Shown here one piece after another: positions 24,666 to 36,092 of a stretch of DNA of 64,000 bases. The stretch spans positions 186,868,001-186,932,000 of the forward strand of contig CM059425.1 of assembly GCA_030390025.1 (NCBI GenBank). The letters run 5' to 3'. The notes under the pieces were generated by a model, which had not been told where the DNA came from, did not search any database, and was given only the letters and a program-made list of their open reading frames with translations. This DNA is from Squalus acanthias (taxonomy: Eukaryota). Numbering within the stretch: position 1 is the stretch's first letter; every line of letters begins with the position of its first letter. The position numbers and the translations under genes were made by a program.

Positions 24666-26702
24666 AATAGGGATTTTTTTATGTGGTGTATTTTATAATA
24701 TCCTTTCTAATGACACTACTTCAGGTTAAAGGAAAAATTGTAGGCTGTAAACAGCTATTAAATATATGGAACGTTTGTTCTGATATTATAGTCAATAGAT
24801 ATTCTGGTAGCCAGGGCCAGCTTCAAAGCCTGTTAGGTGGTGAGGATGCAATAGGCTTCTGAATGAACAGGAATGGCTGTATCCTGAGGGACGCTGAGAA
24901 GATGGTACATGATCCTTTTCCTTTTGGGTCAGCTAAGTTTGCTAGGTATGAATGCGTCTCATCAAAGGAGAATGTGGCATGCATGGCTGAGCTTATTGGA
25001 CTTTATTCTGTATTAAATGATTTTAGTGGCGTAGGAAAGCATATGAATGTATTGTTGCTATGGGGGAGGATAACAATAAGGTTTCGAGGCTGCTGTACTA
25101 GTCTAGACAAGAAAGTGACAGGAAATGAGCTACAGAAAATGTTTTGGTATCCCTGAGGCAGATTCTTTGAGAACTGCTGTCTTCTCGCAGTTCGAGTGAA
25201 GTCTTTGTGAAAGCAGGCTCCATCTGCACGGACAGCTTGAAGTCGGCAAAGCTGATAATTTGTTTTCAGTTTTACAGAGGGCTTTAAAAGGCTTTGCATG
25301 ATTGGGCTTGGTTATCCCAGTGACCATTTTGGAACCCCTTGATCTTGATTCCGTGTGCAGAATATTTCCAACTGCATGTATGAGCTGAGTGTGGATTCCT
25401 GTATGCCCCTTTTAATCAGGCTCCTTGTCATCTGACTGAGTGTTAACAGGACTCCCTTACAGTACATGGGATTTCACCCTGGTTAGGAAGGGGCACCTGA
25501 TAGACAGAGGTGTGCCTCCTGTTGATTAAATGGAGTATTGCAATCTTTGAAGTTTATGGAGAAACCACGTACCCTTTGAGCTTGTGCTAGCTAAAAAGAG
25601 GATGTGTGAAGGTGAGAGGCCTAGGGATAAATATGGTGAAAAGTGAGAAGAATCACTTAATACAAAACCAAAAGCTGTTCACAGCAGGGCCGTTGTGAAG
25701 AGTAATTCACTGAAGATTGTGATTGGTTTCTTCCTTCCATGGATAAAATGGGCAATTATTTGACTATTAATAAAATGAGCTCATACAAAGGAAGGGCAGC
25801 GCTGTCAAACAACTTGAGTTCCTGCTGTTGTGGCTGGTTTCCCTGAGTGACAGTGGCTCCTGTGATGGCTTGTGTCTACCTGCTGTTTTTTGTTGATTTT
25901 ACTGCATCCCAGAGCCACAGGCGTGTGTGAATAATCTGTTCGAGGGAGTTGTGCACCAGCTATCCACTGATCATCTTGATTTTTAGTCCATAACTAGGGT
26001 GTTCCATTCCTGGTTTGCTTTTTGCAGTTGCTGCGTTGGCAGAGCTTTGTTCACAGAAACAAACAAAGTACCACGGTTATATTGGCTCTTAGTAGCAGAA
26101 CACAAGATAGGTTCCCATTCTCTTCCAGTTTCACTTAAGAAACCACACTGGTAGATTTTGGCAATTTAGGCAGATTATACTGCAATGCACATTCAAACTT
26201 GTGCCGTTGAGGAAGTACATTTACACATGGGGCGCTACAATTAATTTTAAGGCACAATTTGGATGGAAAACAGGTATATCCCAGCTGCCTGATGGAGATG
26301 CTGAGATCACTAGTAGCCTCTCTGTTGCCATTTACAATTCAGGAGGAGTTCACTGTGGTCATTCTTCACATCTGGTGCTTGTTTGTAGATGTTTTTGGAG
26401 TCCTGGTAGTTCCTGATTTGCCGTATAACCAGGATACGAATGGGCTAGTGTCAGATAATAATTCACCTTCTCAGAATTGTGGAAATTCTGTATTGCTGTT
26501 GATGTGAAGAAGGTTAACCTGGGCCTGAGTTGAGCTGGGTCCTGTGCGAGCCAAGTAGGAAGACGGCACATCTGTCTTTTATGACGTGCTCAGGTGTACT
26601 TGGTGCCAGTGCGCGCTCACTGTCCTTAGCAGCAGCGTGCAGTGAATAGTGCTGCAATAATCTTGATTTTATTTGATTTTGTTTTGAGCCCGCGGACAAA
26701 AG

Positions 26703-27313
26703 GGGGGCGATTATTGGTTTGGGTGCACATTGTGTGGGCGACAGGCAGAGCAAACGAATCGCCCGCCCGCCCGCCCGCCCAATGGCACTAGCCAGAGACC
26801 CGAACCATTTTTATGGTTGGGCCTTATTACAACACCTTCGGCAAGCCGCCATCGCTCAATGAGTGGTGACAGGCAGCTTGCTGATCGGGGTGGGGGGGAG
26901 GTGGTTGTGGATCCGGCAGCTCTGTCCCAAAGCCGAGCCGGAAATAGGTACTTAAGGGGAGGGGGGAAGGGGCACTGAGTGACTGGCACCAGGTGGGGAG
27001 ATTTTTGTGGCGTCAGGAGGAGCTTTTGTTTAGCATTTTTGAAGTAGTCTGCAGCGTCTTTTATGCATGCTCCATTTCACCCAGTGGAAGACCAGAACTG
27101 CACTGAGGTCCTACAATGGTGTAGGACCCCGATTTAAATATTTTAGTAAGGCTCCCTCCTATTTCAGGCTGCCCATTTTACGGCCTGCGTGAAAATGAAG
27201 TCGGACAGACTTTGGGCAACCAGTGAACGGTCGGTTCTTAAAAAAAATTCTTTGTCCGCCTATTGCTCCATTTTGTCAGTGTGAACAGGGTGGTACACCG
27301 ACAAAACGTACCC
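26703..27313. mobile_element. Probable decayed GC-rich MITE
   Basis: Abrupt CpG-rich block starting ggggggcgatt; internal acttaaggg and atttaaata motifs as in the other MITEs; TIR match poor. Confidence 0.4.
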
Positions 27314-28584
27314 TCAAACATGTCTGGCTACAACATTGCTCATGGGATCAGTTTACTCTATAACTTTATCAGCTATAAAAAGGAATGCATCATCTCATTT
27401 GGCAATTAAGTTGTTAGTTAAACTCTTTTGATAAATGGTGCAGCGACTGCCAACTTTCAAAGAGGCATCTGTGATTGGCAGAAATGTCATTTAAAATCGT
27501 GTTATTGCATGACTGCCTCTTCTTAAAAAAAGGATATAATGCCCAGCATCCTGTTTCAACACGGAAAAAGTAAATGCTCATTAACTCGATTATAGATAAA
27601 ACCGTATTCTGAACAAACAACATTTTTGACAAGTTCAGTAATTTCAGCAGTTGTTATAGGCAATGACATGAGAACGTGGGTTCTTTTTATTGGTTGCTAG
27701 CAGATCTGCCACCGTGTTGCTTATGTGAGTCAGAGGGTTCACTGTTTTATAACAATAGAGGCATTTACGCCATGTAGGGGATAACATCAGGGTCACTCGG
27801 TAAATGAGTAAATCAAATTCCCTTTTTTATTGGTACTTTCGGGATCAAATTCTACAACTCTCATTCTGTGAATGGCCTTTATTTTCTATATATTCCTTTT
27901 CCTATGTATTTCATCATTATCTCCTTACCAATTTGAAAGCTGAAAATAAACAGTAAGATGGTACAAAAGATGTACCAGTTGGAGTTAGAAAACTGATATC
28001 TAGCAGTACTGGGTAGGGGAAGTGGGGTTTGATAACACTGGTGGGTGGTCCTGGAGTTTGGCAGCACTGTGTTGGGTTGCTAGGGTTGGTGAAGGGGCAG
28101 GGGTGGGGGGGGGGGGAGGGAATTCTGTGCAGGAGGAACTTGAGGTTGGGCAGAAGCGGGGTGGAGGTGGATACCTGGGCCCTTAAATTTTAGGAGTTCT
28201 ACTGGCCTCCTACCATAACTCTGGCAGGAGAATGGCAAAACCTCGGGGTCTCATGTTTGAGTTACAGTAGCAGACTGGTAAAAGCTCCATGGAATTGCAG
28301 GGCCCTGGTGTCTTGTTAGCAGTGAGGAGAGGGACAGAGCATGAGCCTGACCGCACCGAGTGGGGTTGAGGATGCCCCAAGCCTGGCAGCACTGGTTTGT
28401 AATTTTCTAAGAGGTCTCTGCAAACATTATATTTGATATTCTGTGCTTAGTTCCTGGACGTGTATCTCTTTTTCAGTCTCTGTCTCTCATTCTCACAGGT
28501 GCCAGTAATTTGAACATTTATATTTCTAACTACCAACAAAATATAGATGGTAATCTGGTGATAATTCATTCAAGGCTTTATTAT

Positions 28585-28800
28585 TTATTTTTGGATGTGG
28601 ATGTCACTGGTAAGGCTGGCATTTATTGCTCATCCCTAGTTTCCCCTGAGAAGGTGGTGGTGGGCCTTCTTCTTGAACCGCTGCAGTCTGTGTGGTGAAG
28701 GTGCTCCCACTGTGCTGTTAGGTAGAGTTCCAGGATATTGACCCAGGGACAATGATGGACGGCGATATATGTTCAAGTCAAGATGGTGTGGGACTTGTTT
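28585..28800 (-). mobile_element. LINE (CR1/L2 group) 3'-end fragment
   Basis: ggatgtggatgtcactggtaaggctggcatttattgctcatcccta; the reverse-complement tail also occurs at 40195-40260 (ggccatgccagtaatgcccacatcctgagaatgaattaaaaa). Confidence 0.6.
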
Positions 28801-28921
28801 TGTTTACTTCAACCTCTTTGTGTCTTTTAAAAATATTTTAAATAAAGATGAGGAAAGATACTCAATCTCTCTATCTGTCTGTCTTGTTCTCTCTTTGCCC
28901 TCACTCACAGTCTGACACTCA

Positions 28922-29127
28922 AGGCTGGATTTTGCCAATGGGGAGCTTTTGGAGGCGGGACTCCCACTTGTCGGGTTTTAGTCCCGCCTCCATCGACTTG
29001 TGGCTAACCCACGCTATTTTCCCTTGATTGACCATGTTAAGCCCGCCGCACCCGCCCCCAGATTCTGCCATTTTCCCGGCAGTCCCGCCTCCAAACCTGC
29101 CTCCCCAGGGCTGGCAAAATCCAGCCC
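28922..29127. mobile_element. Short Harbinger-type MITE (206 bp)
   Basis: TIRs (A)GGCTGGATTTTGCCA ... TGGCAAAATCCAGCCC; subterminal inverted ttggaggcgggact / agtcccgcctccaa; flanks tca/tct. Confidence 0.78.
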
Positions 29128-29355
29128 TCTGTCTCTCTCGTGCTCTCTGTTCCATAACTGCAGTTAGGATGTTTACATCTTCTAACTTTACAGCTGATAG
29201 TCAAGTGATAATTATAGGCTTTCTGTTTTCTTTTAGTTCTTTTAGATTAGATTTTTTTAAAGAGGAACTGATGTTAGAATGGGGAAAGATATTATCTGTC
29301 TTTTACAGCTGAATATGCTTTCTGAAGTTTTGGAGTATTTATAATTCAAATCTAA

Positions 29356-29604
29356 CTGTCAGCTGTGTTTCAGTTGGTAGCACTCTCACCTCTGAGTCTG
29401 AAGGTTGTGGGTTGAAGTCCCACTCCAGAGACTTGACTACAAAAATCTAAGCTGACACTCTAATGCAGTACTGAGGGAGTACTGCACTGTCTTTTGGATG
29501 AGACGTTAAACCAAGGCCCCATCTGCTCTCTCAGGTGGACGTAAAAGATCCCATGGCACTATTTTGAAGAAGAGCAGAGGAGTTATCCCTGGTGTCCTGG
29601 CCAA
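29356..29604 (+). mobile_element. DeuSINE 5' half
   Basis: tRNA head and Deu core matching the 14698 copy; stops at cctggccaa. Confidence 0.85.
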
Positions 29605-30467
29605 CCTCTCGCACCATTGACAGATTGCTTCTGTCATCTCAAGTTCACCTGCCGTCTATTACATCAGAATGGGTACGGTTTATACTCTCTCATCTTGGTC
29701 CTCAGAATCCCACCACGATCAACTCCAACACCAACATCACCAGGCACACCAGCAGCACCAACAACAACACCAACCTTCTGTGCAATCAACTGATGCTGAA
29801 CAGGACACAGGGCATCAGCACCTGACCACATTGCTGCCCGGGAGGACAGGGATGGTCTCACCATGGCCAGATTTACTTCACTTGATGCTGTACGCCCTGG
29901 CGTAGGGAAGGCAGAGTGATGGGCAAGTGATGAGTGGCACAGCAGGATGAGGTTGAGTGTGGCTTTGCAGTAACGTTTCGTGATCAACTGAGAACATTGA
30001 AAGGTTTGCACCACTGCAGCCTGGTCCTCCTGACGACATCCCTGCTTGTGTCCTCCTGTGCAATGTGCAACCAGGCTACGTTGATCTCCTGGGGAGGTCT
30101 CTTCCGCCCATTGGAAGGGAAGAGGACCTCCCTGCGTGCTGTGACTCCCTCCATAAGAATATGGAGGGAGTCATGGGAGAGCCTGGGTGCAGCCCTGCAC
30201 CTCTGCGCAGTCATTGTCAGTGTTTGCAGCACCTCAGTGCTGTAGAACACTGACAGTACAAATGTCAAAATTAATTTGCGCATGGTCCCTTTAAGGAAAC
30301 CGTCTGATGACGCGTGATCGAATGACGTCATCAGACCCGTTTCCTTCAATTGACCGGCCAACGCGCTGGACGGGCTTAACAAGCTCAATCAGGGGAAAAT
30401 CATTTTGGACAGTGGGCTGGAGCCGGCAGCGAGGCCGGGACCCGCTGAGGTTGGTAAAATCTAGTCC
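29605..30467 (-). mobile_element. Truncated Harbinger transposon end carrying a decayed Myb/SANT-like gene
   Basis: Terminus GGACTAGATTTTACCAA (minus strand, from 30467) matches the 28922 MITE TIR; internal Myb/SANT-like reading frame. Confidence 0.72.
29984..30214 (-). pseudogene. Harbinger Myb/SANT-like DNA-binding protein exon (NAIF1/MSANTD-type domain), degenerate
   Basis: MTAQRCRAAPRLSHDSLHILMEGVTARREVLFPSNGRKRPPQEINVAWLHIAQEDTSRDVVRRTRLQWCKPFNVLS* fits the R..rFs..el..L...V..r..vLF....k..AW..IA..v......Rt..Qc.K.fndL pattern; in-frame TGA follows. Confidence 0.72.
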
Positions 30468-30568
30468 ATAAATATTGGCCCTGCTCGTCTTCAAAATAGT
30501 GCCGTGGGATCTTTTACGTCCACCTGAGAGAGCAGATGGGGCCTCATTTTAACATCTCATCCAAAAGG
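30468..30568 (-). mobile_element. DeuSINE core fragment
   Basis: ataaatattggcc..ctgctcgtcttcaaaatagtgccgtgggatcttttacgtccacctgagagagcagatggggcctc, the reverse complement of the Deu core. Confidence 0.8.
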
Positions 30569-30755
30569 AAGTAACATTTATGGACAGGAAATTTGCATCA
30601 TATGACTGCATTTTAATAATTTATAGATATTTAAGGGCTGTACTAAAATATTGGCTGTTTACTGTTGAACTGAATTGGGTGTGACTTTATTGACCAAGAG
30701 TTATTTACAAAAATATCAATGCAGACTAGAAACAGGATATTCAGACAAAGTCTTT

Positions 30756-31469
30756 GGGGGAGAAATTCCCCATGTTTGCGCCTCCCGTTAACACGGGGGG
30801 TGGTAATGGGGCGCTATGGGGTTATCGACCGGACGTCGGTGAATTCGCTGGAGGATTTGTGCTGGCGCTAAGACTTCCCGCCTCGCTTTCTTGCGCCCTG
30901 AAGATTGTGAGTTCATCCGGTGCGCAGCGCCCCGGAAGTGATTTTCGCTCCCGCCCCCTACAGCATCGCCGGGCGTCAACAACGGCAGCTGCAGGAGGCG
31001 TTGTCACCTCGGCTGGCTGCTTGGGGAGCGATATTTAAAGACAGTGGTGGACAGGTAGGGCAAAATTTATTTATATCCCCAAACTGGTGCCTCCTGCTTT
31101 CTTTTACCCCCGCGATCGCTCAGCCCTGCACTCTCTTAGAGTGCTTGGGGCTGCAATGCGCGTTGTGCAGGTGCCGTCACCCAACAGACACAGCCTGAAG
31201 ATTCATTCAACGCAGCATTGGCCCTTCCCTTTAAGGGAGGGAAGGAGCCTGTAAAGACTGCAGCGCTGCCCCAAACATTGCTCTGCGCTCTGCCGATACC
31301 GCCCCTCTCACTCCCTTTAGCGCTCTAAGGGAAGTGGTAGCGCTTGATTTAGTGATCCACTTCCCTCTTGGAGCGCGAAAGCGGAAGTTCCCGGCAGCAG
31401 CAAATCTTCTCCGCCTGCGATACTTTTGCGCTCCCTGAAAAGTTAGCGCCCCCACGCAATTTCTAACCC
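30756..31469 (-). mobile_element. Harbinger-type MITE, copy C (related to A/B)
   Basis: TIRs GGGGGAGAAATT / AATTTCTAACCC; TSD TTT/TTT; shares tgcgcctcccgtta..taatggggcgc and gggagcg.tatttaaag with B. Confidence 0.78.
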
Positions 31470-33298
31470 TTTGTAATCAAAGGGTTATAGCTTAACAAAA
31501 TTAACGTGTAGGTTCCCACTGCACTTCTCTTTTTAAATACATGTATATTTAAAGGTAAATTTGCTCAGAAGATGATTGTTAGTCACATTCTTTCTGAAGA
31601 GTGCACTATTCTTGTAAAATGACTTAGACTGCATGTTCTTGGCATTGAATGATTATCCTTTATTTAAAAAGAAAATTCTAATATACTGCTGTCTAATGTA
31701 GGCCTGAGATCAGTTATGAAAATAAACCTTTTAATTGTTCATAGCTCAGTGACTTTCAGCTCTTCACTGTTTAAGCCAATGCCTTGTCTACTGATGTTGG
31801 CAGGAGCAGTAACGTGAAAAATTGTAGAGCCAAACACCATTTATAGGAACTCTTTTAAGAACGGGTTGTTCAGTATCTTATCAACTTCTCTGCTTAAAAA
31901 AGACGTTTGAGCAACTTTACTTTTATTATACATGTATAAATAAAAATAAAATGCGCTGGGAGCTTGCGCATTAATTTTGTTTGAACATGACCATTCGAGT
32001 CAAAGGATTTTTCTGAATATCCTGTTTCTTGTCCACATTATTTTTTGTTGTTGTAAATAATTCCTTTCCATATAGAACTGCAGAGCTCCCATTGAACAGT
32101 CCTTAGGAAGCCATGCTAAGGGTTGCTTGGGTTTTGAAAGGTTAACTCTCGTTCCTTGGCAAAGCCAGCTTGCTCTTAACATGTGTCAGACTGTGGAGTG
32201 ACCAGGCTTCCTGGCAGACTGCCATGCTGTCAATTTAGTAAAATGGAGACCTTTTATGGAAGAGTTTGTTTATAAGCAATCTAAGGCCACTGTACCTTTT
32301 TTTTATTTTTTTCTTATTATTTTCTGTTTTATCCTGGTTAACCTGGCTTCTGGTGTGCCTGATTCGGAGCTCATACAGGTATTGCCCCAAAATGCGGCAT
32401 TACAGAAGGCACTTTAGGGTGCTGAATCCAAAACCCAAACTGTGGCGCTGCAGTACTACAGCCAGATTCCCAAAAAACTGGAGCCATGTTCTGATTTCAC
32501 TTGCTCAGGTCACTCACTGTCAGTTGAGAAAATCAAAGTTGGTTCCACTACACTGCAGAAGCTGAAGCTTGTAACTGCTCTGTTTCAAATATGGAGCACA
32601 CTGGATATTCGAATAAGATTTTTTAAATCCTTATATTCCTCATGAAAATAAGTGACTTTTGAGTAACCAGCTTTTCTTTTACCGTTCACATTTTTGAATC
32701 CAGCAGTTGTTCTTGAATGCCTGCAATTGCACCGAGTATTGAAATTGCACTTTTTTTACTAACTGACTGGCCCTAGTAGCTGGCTTTGTATTCTAGGAGG
32801 TATTAAAAGTGGCGTTGACAGCATTTCTGCTGTAATTTATGAGTTTGTCACTTAAAAGCCAATCATATAAATGACTTTTTCCCTAGCTGCAGACTGTTGT
32901 AAATGGCAGCAGGATCCATAAAACATACATTTCACTGAGTATACGCAAAGAAAGCTGAACAAGAACAAACATGGAGTGGGTGGTCTAGTGGTTAAAAGGG
33001 TCCCTTAACAGGACTGTTCAAGCTGGGAAAGCGACACATAATAGGAATGCAGTAGGACCCTGATTAGATTAACTGAAGCGTGAGCTTTCCTGATGTCTGG
33101 GCAAGTTTCTCCAGTCCATAGCTGAGCCATGCAGAATGGGAAGGTCCCAGCTTTGAACAGCCAGGGTGGCAATACTGGTACTACAAGGCAACTTATTGCC
33201 CCTGCTTTCGAAAGTCAGGTATATTTCCTGCTCCTGATGATTACGAAACAACAAATGCAGACAGTAAGCATGCATATATTGGGTAGGCACAAGATCAG

Positions 33299-33468
33299 GG
33301 GGTAAATTTTTGTCTTCACTGCCTGGGCGATAATCTTGCTGAATGGATTGTCCACCCGTTGTAGAACCCACTTATTTCAATGGAATGAACATCAGATGGA
33401 TTCCACAACGAGTGAGCAATCTGCTCTGCCAGATCACTGCCTAGCCCGTGAAGACAAAAAATTACCCC
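33299..33468. mobile_element. Fold-back MITE (170 bp)
   Basis: GGGGTAAATTTTTGTCTTCAC ... GTGAAGACAAAAAATTACCCC, with arms complementary over ~70 bp. Confidence 0.8.
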
Positions 33469-34374
33469 GAGCTTTCAAAGTGCTTCAAAGTTGAATAGCT
33501 TGCCAACATTCTCTGTTAGGGCTTAGATATGAATCATGGCCACTTGGACAAGGAGTAGAGAATTTAAAAAAAATTGTAGGCTCTGTAAAGGCTTCTCATG
33601 GATGAAATGTGCATTAATCATAACACATTGGTTGATCTTTAACTAGTTCTGATCTTGAGCAGGCTCTGCTTTGATGTGGACTTGTATCAACAGCAGTAAA
33701 ATGAAGGGTATGCATGAACATACATTAGGGGTTTGGCACACAGAGATTGACTGCAGCAGGATATGACTTCAAGTACGAGCCTGGTGGACCATGTATAGCA
33801 ACAAGTTGAATAATAAAGTGACTACTTTACTCCTTAGCACCTTGTGTAACAATAATGTTCTGTTCCATTGAAGATATATGGGTGCATTACAGTTGCTGCT
33901 TCCAGTGTTGCTATTGCCAGTGTTGTCATGGCAGCATCATGAACAATGATTTGTCAAATTGTAGTACGGTATTTACTTGCATATTCAAATACTGCTTTTC
34001 CATTGATAGAGGACAGTAACATTGAATAACTGAGCATGCAACTGAGGACATTACAACATTACGCTGTGTAGATATATGTAGTCGTTTTATTATCGCTATG
34101 CTGAAAATTGTAAGCTATCATAATCATTGCTTTCCTGTTAAATCAGCAAGAAAGCCGGTTAAAAGCATTGTCTGACTGGAGCTGCTTTCAGATCACCAGT
34201 TAAAGCTAAAGGTGGGTAATGAGATTCGCTCCCTTTTAAAAATGGGAATCTTGGGCTTCTGTTCTTCACTACCCATGAAGAGAAGTAATGGGAGAGCGGC
34301 ATATAGAGGTTTGAGTATTGCTCCCTTGGGAACATGCTATAATAAATGTAAAAAAGAGTGGTAGATACAGTGTA

Positions 34375-34490
34375 AAAAGAAAAGTACTGCAGATGCTGGA
34401 AATTGAAACATAAATGGAAAATGTTGGAAACATACAGCACATCAGTCAGCAGCTGTGGGAGAACAGACAAGCTTCTTTAGAACTGAAAAA
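34375..34490. mobile_element. Decayed repeat resembling a shark Penelope-like element terminus
   Basis: tactgcagatgctggaaattgaaacataaatggaaaatgttggaaacatacagcacatcagtcagcagctgtgggaga, a recalled abundant elasmobranch repeat motif. Confidence 0.45.
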
Positions 34491-35889
34491 TGAGAGGTGG
34501 ACAGACATATGAGCACAATCAGAAAAAGGGGAGGAAACACAGGGGGAATCATGAGTGGAATGATGTAAAGGACAGTGCAGTGATTAGTACGACATGCTCA
34601 ACATGCTGTAAATCTTGTATTCAGTGATGGAAAAGTATATTTTTTCTTTTATGAAATAGCATTTCAGTATTCAAAGCTACTTTGCCACATAAAGGTAGCA
34701 ATAGTCCTGTCTTGTGTAAGTAGAACGCTGGTGAAAATCTGTTGAGTAATTAGTGCCGACTTTATAGAAATGTCATTAATTTAGACTTTGTCCAATGTGC
34801 AGATACAGAGGCAGGTGCTAGTGAACCACTTCAGTACAATTCATACAGCGCACATTCAAACAAACACTGGCAGAAAGTGGTGTATTTTCACATTATCAAT
34901 AAGAACATGTACTTTTTTTACTGCAAACTTGTAAAGCCTGATCATCCATAATTTTAGTTTGTTTCGCACTGAAACACAAAGAGTAATTTGGCAGAATGCC
35001 AATTTCAGGGGCACATCAAGATTTGCTGCTATGGTAGCCCTGGGTCAGTGTACGACATTTTTTCCCCTCCATTTCCTTGCTGGATGAATGCAGGCTGGCA
35101 ACTAATCGGTTTGTAACTAATTGTTTTTTTACTGCATCCTGCAGCCTGAATTGCTCACTAATAAATAGAAAAACGCAAATTAAGTTTTTCAGGTTCAGCT
35201 GAAGTGATTTTAATTAGTACAGTATAAGTCTGTGAGATCCGCTTGCCTCTAAACAGCTTGTGCAGGAGCTGACTGTACCGACACACCACTTGCTGATGGC
35301 GTCAAATAAACGCTTAGCACTTCATTAATCTGCAGAGACTAGAACACGTGGACAAAGACGCACACTATTTATATAATACTTTATTAAAACTGCAATTGCC
35401 TCTCAAGAATTTCTGAAGGAAGAATCTTTTTTTCAAATTTAGCCTTTATTATTGCTGAATTGGGAGCGGGGAGCCTTTAGAGAAACCTGAACAGTCCAGT
35501 GCAGATGGCAAAGCAAAATTATATTTGTGTTAATTTTAGGTGCTACAGAACAATTTTATTGTTCAGTACGTGCTGTTATTTGTGACCTTTAGTGACCTTT
35601 TATTGTAACAAATTATCTTGCTACATCTTGTTGCTTTCACTATAAAGGTACATGCATTTAGTTTTGTATGATCTATTTTGTGTATAGTATAGGCTGTTGA
35701 TTTATAAAGATCACCAGTGAGTGAAACTGATGAATTCCAGTACGTCTGTAATAAAATTTCAAAACCTCAAATTGGTTCTTATTTTTAAAAAAACACACAC
35801 ATAATTTCCCCTGTAATGCGTCCTATTTTAACGCCCTAAATATTACCCCTTAACCAGCTGTCTTTCTGCCCAAGTGGGCATTAAACATT

Positions 35890-36092
35890 CCCAAGAACAG
35901 GGCAGTTCTCTTGGCCAACATTGATCATTCAGTTAACAGCAACAAAGCAAATTACCTGGTCATTTATCTCATTGCTACTTATGGGACCTTGCTGTGTGCA
36001 AATTGGCTGCTATGTTTGCTTAGGTAACAGTGACTACACTTCAAAAGTAATTCATTGGTTGTAAAGTGCTTTGGGATGTTGTGAAAGGCGCC
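35890..36092 (+). mobile_element. Older DeuSINE 3' half
   Basis: attacctggtcatttatctcattgct..ttgctgtgtgcaaattggctgc..cagtgactacacttcaaaagtaattcattggttgtaaagtgctttgggatg. Confidence 0.75.

Noticed and set aside
29669-29905. Gln/His-rich ORF (HHQAHQQHQQQHQ)
   Set aside because: A low-complexity (CAN)n stretch inside the Harbinger remnant; no coding support.
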